A stretch of 60,000 nt of DNA, taken from assembly GCA_038087875.1 (NCBI GenBank), contig CM075989.1, positions 15,750,001-15,810,000 on the forward strand. The letters run 5' to 3'. Positions 47,271-59,144 of this stretch are shown in pieces. This DNA is from Malacoraja senta (lineage: Eukaryota). The translations under genes were made by a program, and so were the position numbers. Numbering within the stretch: position 1 is the first letter of the stretch; each line of letters opens with the position of its first letter. The notes under the pieces are model-generated. The model searched no databases, was not told the origin of the DNA, and saw nothing but the letters and a program-made list of their open reading frames with translations.

Positions 47271-50200
47271 TCACCAATCAAGTCTCTGCGGCTTTCTAAC
47301 CTCTCTCCCACACCTGGTCCGCACAGGCTCTGTGGTGGGGCCCTCTCTGCTGGGTGATGTTGTCACTGGTGGAGCTGGCTCTGGTGTAGGTGAATCTTCT
47401 CCCACCGGTGGCTCATCAGCATCGACTACCCCACTGTTGGTCTGCAGCGGCACCAAGTGATGCCGGTTCCTCCTCAGTGTGCCCTGAGGCACCTGGACGA
47501 TATAAGAGCGAGGGGTGTTGTGTGTAGATAGCACTGTGCCCTGGACTCGTGCATCGGTGATCCACACATCCTCCCCAGGTACGAGTGGCTCCAGGTTTCT
47601 CGCTCCGTGCCTCTTGTCGAAGGATCTTGCGTCGTTCCTCCTCTTCTCCCTTTCTTTGGCCCCCAGCGCGTTGTAGTCAGGCAAAACTGGATTCAGCAGG
47701 GTTGGAAGGGCAGGAACTGTAGTGCGGAGGCGGCGCCCCATCAACAGCTCGGCCGGGCTATAGCCGTTCTGTAGAGGGGTTGCTCTGTAGGCCAGCAATG
47801 CAAGATATGGGTCTGATGCCTTTGTTAGCAGGTTTTTCACGGTTTGTACAGCGCGTTCCGCCTCCCCATTGCTCTGAGGAAACTTGGGGCTGCTCGTGAT
47901 GTGCACAAAGCCATACTCTGCTGCAAAGGCTTTAAAGTGGCTACCTGAGAACTGGGGCCCATTGTCACTTTTAAGAAATTCCCCAATTCCATGACGACAA
48001 AACATGGATTTCAGGTGCACCACCACATCTGTGGACCTTGTGTGTGTCAGCAGCGCAACTTCCACATACCTTGAGAAATAATCTACTACTAGCAGATAAG
48101 TCTTGTTTTTCAGCGTGAACAGGTCAGCTCCCAAGGTTTGCCAAGGCCTGTCTGGCATCTCCGTTGGCATCAGCGGCTCTTTGACGTTCCTTCTCTCTTG
48201 GATGCAGGTTCTACATTTCAGCACCATGTCATTCAGCTGGCTGCTGAGTCCTGGCCACCATACCGTCTGTTTGGCCCGGCCCCTGCACTTTGTCACCCCC
48301 AGGTGTCCCTCATGTAGTCTCTGCAGCACATCACCTTGTAAGGCTGTTGGGATGACGAGTCTCGTGCCCCGCAGCAGCAGCCCATCGTGCACAGTCAGCA
48401 CTGCTCTATCAGCCCAGTAATGTCTCAGCACTCCCTGCAGTTGGCTTTTGTCGGGCCACCCGTCTGTGCAGTACTCCATCAGTGCAGAGCATGTGCTGTC
48501 TGCCTTCAGGTGCTCACGTAGGCTGCTCAGATAATCTCCACTGACAGGAATGTTGCTGATGACAGAGTCTACATAGATGTTGGTGTCCTCTAATAGGCTT
48601 ATGTCTGTGTGTGCTCTTGCGGCTCTCAGAGGAGCACGAGATAAGGTGTCGGCTGTCCACAGGCTTTTGCCAGGGACATGATTGACTGTATAGTTGTACC
48701 TCATGAGTCTCATCCTAAATCTTTGGATTCTTGGTGGGAGGTCATCCAAAGCTTTCCTTCCCAGCAGACTCACCAACGGCTTATGGTCAGTTTCCAGCTC
48801 GAATGGTCTTCCCAGGATGAAACAGCTGAACCTTTCACATGCCCACGTTGCAGCCAATGCCTCCTTCTCTACTTGAGCATAGCGCTGCTCTGTTGGCGTC
48901 ATTGACCTGGACGCATATGCCACAGGTGACCACATGGCATCGCTCTTCTGCAGCAGGACTGCCCCCAGGCCAAAGGAAGAAGCATCAGCAGAGATCTTTA
49001 AAGCACTGTTTGGGTTGTATAATGTGAGCACTGGTGTGGATGACAGCTCTGTTTTTAACTGATCAAAGGCGGCCTGCTGCTCTGTCCCCCAGTACCAGTG
49101 GTTCTTCTTGGACAGCAGGTCTCGTAGCACTTTGTCTTTTTCAGCCAGGTTAGGCAAGAAGCGGCCCAGCTGATTGACCATGCCCAGAAAACTCCTGAGT
49201 TCGCTGACATTTTTGGGTGCATCCATCTCTTGTACTGCTCTCGTCTTCTCTGGATCTGGCTTCACTCCATCTGCTGAAATCACATGACCCAGGAATCTGA
49301 CTGTGTGGCGTGTGAGCTCACATTTGTCCATGTTGAGCGTAATGCCGGCCTTTTGTGCCTTCTTTAGCACCGCATGTAGCCGCACATCATGCTCCTCCTG
49401 CGTCTGTCCCCAGACCAGGATGTCGTCCATGTGACACAGTACCCCCTCCAGGCCACCGGTCACTTCTGTCACCATCATCCTTTGAAAGTGCTCGGGGGCT
49501 GATGCTATGCCAAAGGGTAGACGGTTAAAATAGTAGCGCCCATAAGGCGTGATGAAGGTGGTGTATTTGGCAGACTCTTTTGTCAATGGTACTTGCCAAA
49601 AGCCCATGTTGGCATCTAATTTGCTGAAGACTGTTGCGCCAGCTAGCATGCCCAGAGTGTGCTCGACAGAAGGCAGGATAAACTTTTCTCTGCATACTGA
49701 TTCATTCATCATTGTGAAATCCACACAAATGCGAACATCACCTGCTTTTTTCGGCACCACCACCATCCCGGCACACCAATCAGTCGGCTCCTCAATCTTG
49801 GTGATTACGCCCATCTTCTCCATACGGTCTATCTCCTCCTTCACTTTTCCCATAAGCGGCAGAGGGACTCTGCGTGGTGTGTGGAGAGAGAAGGGCACAG
49901 CCTCTGGCTTTAATTTAATTGAGTATGGCCTCAGAACAAGACCCAAGCCGCTACACAGCTTCGGATATTGTTGTTTCATTGATTCCATGGTGATGCTGTC
50001 AACCCTGCACACAAGCTGAAGCTGTTCTATGGCAGGCCTTCCCAACAGTGCAGTGTGCAGGTCTTTTACTACATAAATGTTCTCTATGGCTGTCTTTTTG
50101 CCTCTGCGCAGTGTTTCTCTGGCTACACCTAGGACAGAGAGTGCATTGCCCCCTGGCCCAAACAACGGGCGTGTCGGCACTGCCAGGCGCTTCACATCAT

Positions 50201-51206
50201 GCCCCCCTGTAATGTCATGGTACACCTCGGCTGGCATGGCGGTGACATCAGCACCAGTGTCTATTTTAAAGCACACTTTTTTTTGTCTCACTTGTAGCTG
50301 CACCGTCCACGGGTCTTTTCCAGCATCCACGGCTCCCAGGAAAAAGCTCTCTTCTTCCTCTGTAGTGACAGCATTCAGAGATTTTGCACTGTTTCTGCAC
50401 ACTTTGCCATAATGTCCCTTTTTGCCACAGTTGTGACACACAGCATCTTTAGCAGGGCATTCCCATTTTCCATGCGAGGGCATTTTTCCACATCTATAAC
50501 AGGCCTTTGAACCTGGCTGTGGCCGTGTATTAAGTCTATTTTTGCCTGGTGTTTGTGCTTGTGGCTGAGGCTTTGAGGGAAATTTGGGTTTTCTGTAGCT
50601 TTTAGCATGCACAGCATCAACATTAGAGCACTTGCTAGCACCGCCATTTTCTCCTCTTAAGTCAGACCGCTGTCGTCTAACTTCTTCAGACTGCCTTGTC
50701 TTTGTTATCGCAGTTCCAAGGGTTAGGTCTCTGTCTAGCTGTAGCTTTTCTGACAATGAGACGTTTCTCAGTCCGACCACTAACCTGTCGCGGATCAACT
50801 CGTTCTGTAACTGTCCATAGTTGCAGTGTTCAGCTAATCCGTATAGAGCAGTGATGAAGGAATCCACCGTTTCTTCTGGCAGTTGCACACGCTGATTGAA
50901 CTTGGCTCTTTCGTAGATTACATTCTTTTTAGGCACAAAAAATGCATCAAAGCCAGCCTTAACATCCGTGTACACCTTCCTCTCATCTGCAGTTAGCGTT
51001 AGCCCCTTTAGCACATCTTCGGCTTCATCACCCATGCAGTACACTAACGTGTTCACCTGGTTTACTTCCGACGTTGCGTTTAAGTTGCTTGCAAGCCGAA
51101 AGCGGTCGAATCTCCTGATCCAACGCTCCCATTCTTGAGGCTTGGTAAAATCGAATGGCTCTGGAGGTTGTATTGTGAACGTAGCAGTTGGTGTAGGTTG
51201 CGCCAT
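47271..51206 (-). CDS. Gag-Pol polyprotein, 1311 aa
   Basis: Zinc knuckles CYRCGKMPSHGKWEC and CHNCGKKGHYGKVC; protease DTGA; RT RLPFGI...CHMDDILV; RNase H ADASSFGLGAVL...EKEAL...TDHKPL; integrase HEGH...CRTC, ADLF, SDNGPQF, GEAERAV. Confidence 0.95.
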   Translation of the reverse strand: MAQPTPTATFTIQPPEPFDFTKPQEWERWIRRFDRFRLASNLNATSEVNQVNTLVYCMGDEAEDVLKGLTLTADERKVYTDVKAGFDAFFVPKKNVIYERAKFNQRVQLPEETVDSFITALYGLAEHCNYGQLQNELIRDRLVVGLRNVSLSEKLQLDRDLTLGTAITKTRQSEEVRRQRSDLRGENGGASKCSNVDAVHAKSYRKPKFPSKPQPQAQTPGKNRLNTRPQPGSKACYRCGKMPSHGKWECPAKDAVCHNCGKKGHYGKVCRNSAKSLNAVTTEEEESFFLGAVDAGKDPWTVQLQVRQKKVCFKIDTGADVTAMPAEVYHDITGGHDVKRLAVPTRPLFGPGGNALSVLGVARETLRRGKKTAIENIYVVKDLHTALLGRPAIEQLQLVCRVDSITMESMKQQYPKLCSGLGLVLRPYSIKLKPEAVPFSLHTPRRVPLPLMGKVKEEIDRMEKMGVITKIEEPTDWCAGMVVVPKKAGDVRICVDFTMMNESVCREKFILPSVEHTLGMLAGATVFSKLDANMGFWQVPLTKESAKYTTFITPYGRYYFNRLPFGIASAPEHFQRMMVTEVTGGLEGVLCHMDDILVWGQTQEEHDVRLHAVLKKAQKAGITLNMDKCELTRHTVRFLGHVISADGVKPDPEKTRAVQEMDAPKNVSELRSFLGMVNQLGRFLPNLAEKDKVLRDLLSKKNHWYWGTEQQAAFDQLKTELSSTPVLTLYNPNSALKISADASSFGLGAVLLQKSDAMWSPVAYASRSMTPTEQRYAQVEKEALAATWACERFSCFILGRPFELETDHKPLVSLLGRKALDDLPPRIQRFRMRLMRYNYTVNHVPGKSLWTADTLSRAPLRAARAHTDISLLEDTNIYVDSVISNIPVSGDYLSSLREHLKADSTCSALMEYCTDGWPDKSQLQGVLRHYWADRAVLTVHDGLLLRGTRLVIPTALQGDVLQRLHEGHLGVTKCRGRAKQTVWWPGLSSQLNDMVLKCRTCIQERRNVKEPLMPTEMPDRPWQTLGADLFTLKNKTYLLVVDYFSRYVEVALLTHTRSTDVVVHLKSMFCRHGIGEFLKSDNGPQFSGSHFKAFAAEYGFVHITSSPKFPQSNGEAERAVQTVKNLLTKASDPYLALLAYRATPLQNGYSPAELLMGRRLRTTVPALPTLLNPVLPDYNALGAKEREKRRNDARSFDKRHGARNLEPLVPGEDVWITDARVQGTVLSTHNTPRSYIVQVPQGTLRRNRHHLVPLQTNSGVVDADEPPVGEDSPTPEPAPPVTTSPSREGPTTEPVRTRCGREVRKPQRLDW

Positions 51207-51283
51207 ATCTGCCAGCTCATCTCACCTTTCTCCGCCAAAACGATACACTTTCCTCTTCTTCTTTTTTTTTTTCGCTTACAAGT

Positions 51284-51301
51284 ATCCCGTTTCTGACACC
51301 A
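51284..51301 (-). other. Primer-binding site, tRNA-Leu type
   Basis: TGGTGTCAGAAACGGGAT abuts the 5' LTR; 16/18 complementary to the recalled tRNA-Leu 3' end (...ATCCCACTTCTGACACCA). Confidence 0.8.
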
Positions 51302-51528
51302 TATCGAATTATTCTTATAATGAGGCTCGTACAACGACGTAATCGGAGTCTGTCTTTATTTAGCAACTCACTACAGCAGCTGCCTCGTGCTGCATCCCCG
51401 GGCCCGGCTGCTAGGCCTCTCTCCGGTTACGCCCACAGCCCCACCTTCAGGCCGGATGCTGTCACTGCAGCCTGACCACTGGCAGCAGAATAAAGGCATT
51501 CCTTACTCTATTATTCCATAATACCACA
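51302..51528 (-). repeat. 5' LTR
   Basis: TGTGGTATT...AATTCGATA on the minus strand; 226/227 identical to the 3' LTR. Confidence 0.95.
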
Positions 51529-51654
51529 ATGCTGTCTGTCCCACTGAGTTACTCCAGCATTTTGTGTCTATCTTCGGTTTAAACCAGCATCTGCAGTTCC
51601 ATCCCACACACATAAGGGAAGCTTACAAGCACACTAAAAACATACTAAAATAAT

Positions 51655-52070
51655 GAGAGAGACAGGCATAGACACAGAGAGAGACAGAGAGACACAGAGA
51701 GAGACACAGAGAGACACAGAGAGACACAGAGAGAGACACAGAGAGAGACACAGAGAGACACAGAGAGACACAGAGAGAGACACAGAGAGACACAGAGAGA
51801 CATAGAGAGAGACACAGAGAGAGACACAGAGAGACATAGAGAGAGACACAGAGAGAGACACAGAGAGAGACACAGAGAGAGACACAGAGAGAGACACAGA
51901 GAGAGACACAGAGAGAGACACAGAGAGAGACACAGAGAGACACAGAGAGACACAGAGAGACACAGGGAGACACAGAGAGAGACATCGAGAGAGACACAGA
52001 GAGAGACACAGAGAGACACAGAGAGACAGGCATAGACACAGAGAGACACATAGAGAGACACAAACACAGA
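51655..52070 (+). repeat. (GAGACACA/GAGAGACACA)n microsatellite-like array
   Basis: Directly visible mixed 8/10-nt units. Confidence 0.95.
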
Positions 52071-54504
52071 GTTGGGTCCCACTTGTGTGGCAGATCATAA
52101 ATGTATGCAAAATCTTCCTTCTGCTTGCCACACCAGCAGGCTTTGTGTCGCCACTGACACTTAAATCACAACTGTTCTTTGTGGAAAATGTAAGTTGCCC
52201 ACGAACCAAATCAGTCTCAGCAGAAATCCAAGTTAATACAAAAAATTAACAAGAAAATTACAAATACTTAAATAAATAAATCATTTGTGTGTTTACATTG
52301 AGGCGAGACTCGAGACAATCCCCAGATAACAACTTCCATTCTGAGGCTGGTCCTTTGATGTGAATATGTATTCTCTGAAATTCTAAGGCTAGTGAGGATG
52401 TGAGAATAATTTCATTCACGGAGAATTGTAACCATGATGCAATATTATGAAGACATTTCTAAAAATTGAAACCCAATGGACAAGCACTGCATGGTTGGAA
52501 TCACAACTCACACAAAGGGAGATGGTGGTGTTTGCTGGAGGTCCATAATCCTGGCCCTGGACATGACTGTAGGAGTTCCTCAGGGCAGGATCCTCGATCC
52601 CAGCTATCTTCAGCTCAATGAGTTTCCTTCCATCCTGACTGATGTACCACCATCAACTTTTTGAGGGTTGCAACCAACATGAAATTCAACTGGAACAGCG
52701 AAATAAATCCTCCAATTATGAGGTCGGAAGCATGGCAAGTGGACCAGCTCCATAATCCTTGAAGGTCACCCCAGGACAAGTCAGGAGGGCCTGGATGAAT
52801 GGAGCTCCAAAGGCACTGAAGAAGCCCAACATCATCTACTTTGCACCCTTGCAACACTCAATTATTTCTTCCCTAGTGTGTGGATGAGCATCACAGCCTG
52901 GGAGAGTTGACAGAAATGTGGGGAGAATAAAAATGGATTCTTGTAGGATTTGTGTAAATGGGCGGCTGACGTTTGGTGCAGACTTGGTCTGCCAAAGGGC
53001 CTGTCTGTCTCCGTGCTCTATCTTTCTGTGACTCCATTACTTTAAAATTCATGAGGCATTCATGAATTGGAGGAAAGCCAGAACGAAAAAAATCATTAAC
53101 CATTCAGTAAATAACTATCAGCCAGCTCTTTAACTTCATAATATGATTTGACAGGATCCAAAATGATTTGATAACCAAAGGGGAGGAAAATGTGCATTGG
53201 TTTGGGAATGATGCGTTCCCTCCACCATCTTGATTCATAACATCAATGGCATTTGTGAGGCAAAGCAAGGCCATGTATAGTGGTGGATGTTACTCCTCAG
53301 TGTAGATCACACCCACCAATAGATAGAATCCACACTGTGATTTGGGGAGTTGCTCAGTGGCCACCAAAAGAGGCAAAAGGGTAGCCTGGTACTAACTTTC
53401 CCTCTGGCAAAGAGTAGGAAGACCCCCTGTAGTTACAGTCACTGGAGCGGTCTCCTCATTTAGTTCTGATACTACAATCTCTGATGTTCCCTGGCATGTT
53501 CTTGTCTTCCTGATGGTGCTTTCTGATACTGAAGCCAAGAAGATCTTCATGGGTGCTAATTATGGTGGACTTCAGGGCAGTTCAGACCCTGCGGTCACTA
53601 TGCATCTCCTGTTAGTTTAACGTGTGCGATGTACAGTTATGAGTCACTTGAGACCTGCAATGTCGGTGTTAGAAACATAGAAAATAGGTGCAGGAGTAGG
53701 CCCCTCGAGCCAGCACCACCATTCAATATGATCATGGCTCATCATCCGAAATCAGTACCTCATTCCTGCTTTTTCCCGATATTCCTTGATTCTGTTAGCC
53801 CTAAGAGCTAAATCTAACTCTTGAAAATATCCAGTGAATTGGCCTCCACTGCCTTCTGTGGCACCGTGCTGTTGGTTTGGTTTGATGGAGGTAACAGATG
53901 GAGTAGACAGTGTTCAGTCCACCATTTGACAATCAGAGACCAAACAATATATTATGGTTTATCCAGAGACAATCTCCAGCTCTTTAAAGAAGAGATATTG
54001 CTTGGCTTGGGTTTTGCGGTCAGCAAGGCAAGTTTATCACAACATTTTTAATTAACTTTTTGAACATTTTACAGAGCATGGAATCAAGATCGGAACGCGC
54101 ATGGGATTAAGTTGGAAACTGAAGCATCATAAACTTTAAAAATTAAGATTAAAATATTTTCCAATATTTTAAACGTATTACATTTTGAATTCCTTGACTG
54201 AGGAAATGACAATCCAAGTTGTAAAATTAGTTTATTGAAGTCAAATGGCTTCCTGGACAATAATTATAGCCTAGTCTGATTGTGGAACCATACTTACGCC
54301 ACATGCAAAACTTTTCAGAGATCTTAACAAGAATAATAATTTGCAAGCACCGGAACTTCCTATTAGTTTATTACTTTCTCCAGATTTCATTGGGGAAGCT
54401 GCAATCATGTTCCCTGTGAGGGGCGGATTGTCATCAACTTCATTTCTATGACTATGCATTCTCCAGTTATTGCTTTAAATTCTCTCAGTTGTATAGTGTG
54501 TACA

Positions 54505-54850
54505 GAGAGGCATAGGGTCAGACAGCACAGAAACAGGCCCTTCGGCCCAACTAGTCCATGCCGACCAAGGTGTCCACTCTTAGCTAGTTCCATTTGCTGG
54601 CATTTGGTCCATATCCCTCCAAACCTTTCCTATCCATGTACCTATCCAAGTGTCTCTTAAATGCTATTATTGTACTTGCCTCAACTAGCTCCTCTGGCAG
54701 CTCCTTCCATGTACTCACCACCTTCTGAGTGGAAAAAGTTGCCACTAAGGTTCCCAGTAAATCTTTCTCCTCTCACCTGAAACCTGTGTCGTCCGATTTT
54801 TGATTCCCCTACCTTGGGTAAAAGGTTCTGAGCATTCACCCCATCTGAGA
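54505..54850 (-). mobile_element. CR1/HER1 LINE 3' fragment
   Basis: CAGCACAGAAACAGGCCCTTCGGCCC...TCCTCTGGCAGCTC...CTCTCACCTGAAACC. Confidence 0.7.
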
Positions 54851-56219
54851 GCCTCACATTTATTTCTAATCTTATGTTCTGTCCTTCACAGTTGCTGATT
54901 TATTAGAAGAAACAAGATACGAAGGACCACCGTATTTTACAATAGATGATCAGTCCTTCTGTAACCATTGCAAGGGAAAGAGTACTTCCATCCTGTTTGT
55001 CCCCACTTCTGTTGTCAAACAAAGGGGATGGAGTCAAGAGCACCTCATGAGAAGGAAGAGCTAGATTTATATCCAGTCGTAGGTTTAGTTCATGTGTCAT
55101 TGGTTATAGTGTTTGAAGCTTTGACCACTTGTTTGTTTAATAGTATGGCTTACACTTTTGGCAGCGTATTATTCAGAGCATTAAATGATTCAATCAGGAG
55201 ACATTCGTCAAACAGAAAGATCAAGAGAAAATAAACATATTGAGCAAACCCACAAAAGTGGACATTTGTAAGGCCAGAAATTAAAATAACAACAGCCAAA
55301 ATCAAGCACAGATGTGGGATGTGGACAGCTGTGTACAACTTTGGAATAGTTTTCTTAATATTTGAATGAACGAGGTAATATTATCCTTTTTGATATTGAG
55401 TCAAGTGCAAAGAATGTCATGCTAAGACAACAGAATGGAAGGGAGTGGAGTAAAAACTAGAACACGAGAGAATGAGACATTTGACAAGACAAAGTGTTTG
55501 TCTCCTGTTTGATATTGTGGAGAGGTGAGACTGGTGCTTGTGCAGTACCTGCGAATTTGTAGAGCAACAGGTTTGAGCTGCACAAGTCTCTGGCATACAT
55601 GGGTATTCAACAATATTCAAAGGTTTACACCAGTGTTCCAACACTTCACTTCAGTCAGAGTATACTGTTACCATAATGCTACAATTTGATCAACACCTTT
55701 CAAATGCAAATGACAGGCAAACTGCTCCTGGAGGCACTTTATGGGAAGTTTTCATTTAAAACGGAAGTTTATAGATCAGCAAATACCAAGGAACCAGAGC
55801 CATGCCAAGTAAACAAATATCTTTCATACCTTGTAAACTTTTTATTTTGTTTTGTGTATGGTGCCAGTTTGGCCAGTGATCTATGTTCAATAGCTTCAAG
55901 GAGTGACTTATGACTGACAATGTTCTAGTTGTACAAAACAAGAGTTGGCAACCAAAGATGATTACCGTTCACCACATCTTTATCAGTTAATGATTGGGAT
56001 GAAATATTCTCTAGATTGGCACATGGAAATATTTAGTTTTTTTTTAAAAATTTCAGCAGAAAATCCTCAGATGATTAGATACAATCATTTCTGAAGATGA
56101 TTAAGAAAGACTTGCTATGGTGCAGCTACTCAATGGAACATTGCATGGATTATTGCAGAGAATTACTTTTACCCAGGTGCTACAGTATTTTGGTATGCTG
56201 CTGTCCATGCCCTTCTCAG

Positions 56220-56522
56220 AGTTTAGTTTCATTTAGTATAGAGATACAGCAGGGAAACAGGCCCTTCGGCCCAATGAATCCGCACCGAGAAATGATCTCC
56301 CGTACTATCTCCCGTTCTATCCTACACATTAGGGATAATTTACAGCAGCCAATTAACCTAAAAACCTGCACGTCTTGGGAACGTGGGAGGAAACAGGAGC
56401 ACCCGGAGAAAACCCACGTAGTGACAGGGAGAACGTACAAACTCCACACAGACAGGACCCGTAGTCAGGATGGAACCCGGGACCCTGGTGCAGCAGCTCT
56501 ACCGTTGCACCACCGTGCCACC
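56220..56522 (-). mobile_element. HE1 SINE
   Basis: AAACAGGCCCTTCGGCCC tail, V-domain reverse complement, GCACCACCGTGCC head. Confidence 0.8.
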
Positions 56523-56883
56523 CTGGTTCGAGTGAACCTCATGTTGGGCGACAGTGATTGGCTGTAATAGAGCTGAATGCTGTGTGAGTTTCTATCCATG
56601 TCAGAAAAGACCAACATGAGCAGAGGAGTGAGGGAAGAATGGGATTGTTCCTCCTCTGCGTTGTTGTGGTTCTCCTGTCATAGGCTTGGGGCAGCTGTGA
56701 AGGGACATCTGGAGAAAGACTGGGCTACTGGCTTCCTGTTTCCATGGAAAAGTGAACGTAATTGGAGAATAAGATTTACAAAACACAGATAGAAGTCCAA
56801 GAATTCCATGTAATGAAAATCTGAATTGATTTTTTACAGCCTCTGTAAATCAGTTGCGCTTGTAATGTCCTGTCTGCAATATG

Positions 56884-57450
56884 ATAGATAGATAGATAGA
56901 TAGAATCTTTATTTGCCACACGACCAGTGTTGGTGGTATTTGGGTTCGGTACATGATGGTACACTGCTTTAGTCCCATTAACACTAATAACAACACAGAT
57001 CATAGTAATAAAGTGCATCCATACCACATCACAAATCACAAATCTCACCAACAATACATAGTGCAAAAGGACAGACAAAGACCATAGACAAGACACTGTA
57101 TACATCAAAAGTCCTTAGTATTGTCTGTTATTGGAGGGAATTGAGTGTTCTTATTGCTGAGGGGAAGAAACTGTTTTTAAAGCGGGTGGATTTTGTAGCA
57201 AGTGACCTAAGGCGCCTCCCTGAAGGGAGAGACTGGAAAAGGTGGTTTGCTGGATGGGAGGGGTCCGAGATGATCTTTATTGCCCGTTTTGAGCTACGTT
57301 GGAGGTAAATGGTATGGATTGAGGGGAGGGGAGAGTTGATCCTAGAGGCCTTGGAGACAATGCACTGTATTCTGTGTAGTGAGTGACTGTCAGTGTTTCC
57401 GTACCAGACTGTGATTGAGGAGGTGATGATGCTTTCAATGATGGATTGAT
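56884..57450 (-). mobile_element. Rex1/Babar-like LINE 3' fragment with (TATC)n tail
   Basis: (GATA)n then CTTTATTTGCCAC. Minus strand encodes DPSHPANHLFQSLPSGRRLRSL...FKNSFFPSAIR. Confidence 0.65.
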
Positions 57451-57650
57451 AGAAACGGACCAGGAGGTGTTCTGGTCCTTGTGCTTGTCAACAAGAATGG
57501 AGCAACTTGGAGCCAGCATCTTAAATTGCTGCCATTTCCAACCTCCTCTGATGTACATTTTATGCTCTTAGAATGTCCGATCATGTCTGTTCTTTCCTTA
57601 GTACTAAGCATGAGATAAGCATTTCCCTCATCCAGCCCTATCTTTCCCAT

Positions 57651-57774
57651 TGAGACTCTTTGAAATGTCACCCATTCCTTCTCTCCAGAGATGCTGCCTG
57701 TCCCGCTGAGTTACTCCAGCTTTTTGTGTCTATCTGCGGTTTGAACCAGCATCTGCAGTTTCTTCCTACACCTA
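57651..57774 (+). mobile_element. Penelope-derived short module
   Basis: GAAATGTCACCCATTCC...CCAGCATCTGCAG; perfect 14-bp TSD CCTATCTTTCCCAT (57637-57650 / 57775-57788). Confidence 0.7.
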
Positions 57775-57839
57775 CCTATCTTTCCCATCTCTGTATTCCC
57801 AATTCCCAAACCATTGATTCATCAGCAGTTCAATCCTAA

Positions 57840-58780
57840 TAGAGTCATAGCGTTATACATCACAGAAATAAACCCTTCAGCCCATCACATTCATGCCAAC
57901 CTTTTTGCCCGCCTATACTGCTCCCTGTTTGCCCACATTATGTGTGCATCCTCCTATGTCTGATCTCTTCATGTGCCAGTCTAATTGTCTTTTTAAACAG
58001 GATGATTGTATCTGATTCCACCATGTCTTATGAGATAAACAGAAGATAACAATGGTTCTCCATATTTTAAAAAGTCTCCTCTTCTTTTAAAACTGCTTCC
58101 TCTCAGCTTAAACCTGTGCCCTCTTATTAATGATACCCCTGCTATGGTGAAACGATCCTGACTATCTATTCTATCTATGCCTCTATCAGGTTACCCCTTA
58201 GCCTCCTTCATTCTAGGGAAAGCAAGCCCAGCCTATCCCCATAAATAAAGTCCTGCAATCCAGGCAACATCCTGATGCATCTCCTCTGCACCCTCTCCAG
58301 TGCAACTACACCCTTCCTCGAGCTTGGCGACCAGAACTGCACACAATAAAATTGCAACATTACACAACAGTTTTTGTATGCTATGCCCTGACCAGTGAAG
58401 TCAACTGTGCCATATGCCTTCCTTCTTCACTGTACTAAAGACCTCTGTAGTCACTTTAAGGAAACTATGGATTTGAACCCAAGGTCCTTCTGTTCATCAA
58501 TACTCCTTGATGCCCTATCACTTACTGTCCATGTCCACCCCATTTGACTTCCCAAAATGCATCACATTGCACACGTCAGGATCAAATTCCATGTGTCAAT
58601 GCCCTGCTCAACTTTCCATCTGATCTACATCTTGGTTGTAGACTTAGATCTATATCCTGCCATAACCTTTCTCAATATCCATAACACACTGGCCCACATG
58701 TCATCTGTAGACTTGCTAATCATGTCTGCTACGTCCGTATCCAAGAAGATATGAACACGTGGGCAGCTTTCACCAATCTC
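57840..58780 (-). mobile_element. Old CR1 LINE RT/3' fragment
   Basis: CCAGGCAACATCCTG...CTCTGCACCCTCTCCAG...GACCAGAACTGCACACAAT...GTCATCTGTAGACTT is the reverse complement of CR1 ORF2 motifs, including a degenerate FADD-region match. Confidence 0.65.
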
Positions 58781-58814
58781 TGAGAAAAATCTCCATGCAT
58801 TTTAGCGTATTGTT

Positions 58815-59105
58815 TTTCCTCTTAAGAGACATAAGGTTAAGGTGAAGGGGAAAAGATTTAAAAGGAATCTGAGGGTTAGCATTTTCACACAACAGGTGGT
58901 GGGTGTATGGAACAAGGTGCCAGAGGAGGTAGTTGAGGCAGGGACTATCCCAACGTTTAAGAAACAGTTAGACAGGTACATGGATAGGACAGATTTGGAG
59001 GGATATGGGCCAAACTTAAGCAGGTGGGGTAGCTGGGATATGTTGGCCGATATGGGCAAGTTGGGCTGAAGGGCCTGTTTACACGCTGTATCACTCTATG
59101 ACTAT
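58815..59105 (+). mobile_element. CR1/HER1 LINE 3' fragment
   Basis: Translates KGKRFKRNLR..IFTQQVVGVWNKVPEEVVEAGTI..FKKQLDRYM; GAAGGGCCTGTTT...CTCTATGACT tail. Confidence 0.8.
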
Positions 59106-59144
59106 ATAATTCTCCCCATCTTCCTTACAGAAGAAGCCGGATGA

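Larger units (their letters stand above)
46933..51528 (-). mobile_element. Full-length Ty3/Gypsy (Mag-like) LTR retrotransposon, 4596 bp
   Basis: Two 227-bp LTRs, 5-bp TSD ATGCT (46928-46932 / 51529-51533), PBS, PPT, and an intact ORF with domain order Gag-PR-RT-RH-IN. Confidence 0.97.
46831..51607. mobile_element. Palindromic Penelope-derived module (46831-46932 + 51534-51607) split by the Gypsy insertion
   Basis: CCAGAG[ATGCT]GTCTGTCCCACTGAG is restored when the Gypsy is removed. ACACATAAG flanks both sides (46822-46830 / 51608-51616). Confidence 0.7.

Noticed and set aside
48103..50820. Several + strand ORFs within the Gypsy
   Set aside because: Antisense shadows of the long gag-pol frame with no recognisable motifs.
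51080..51334. 84-aa ORF sharing the N-terminus MYEPHYKNNSI with ORF 46675-46965
   Set aside because: The shared start is simply the duplicated LTR read from a non-ATG codon; no evidence for an accessory gene.
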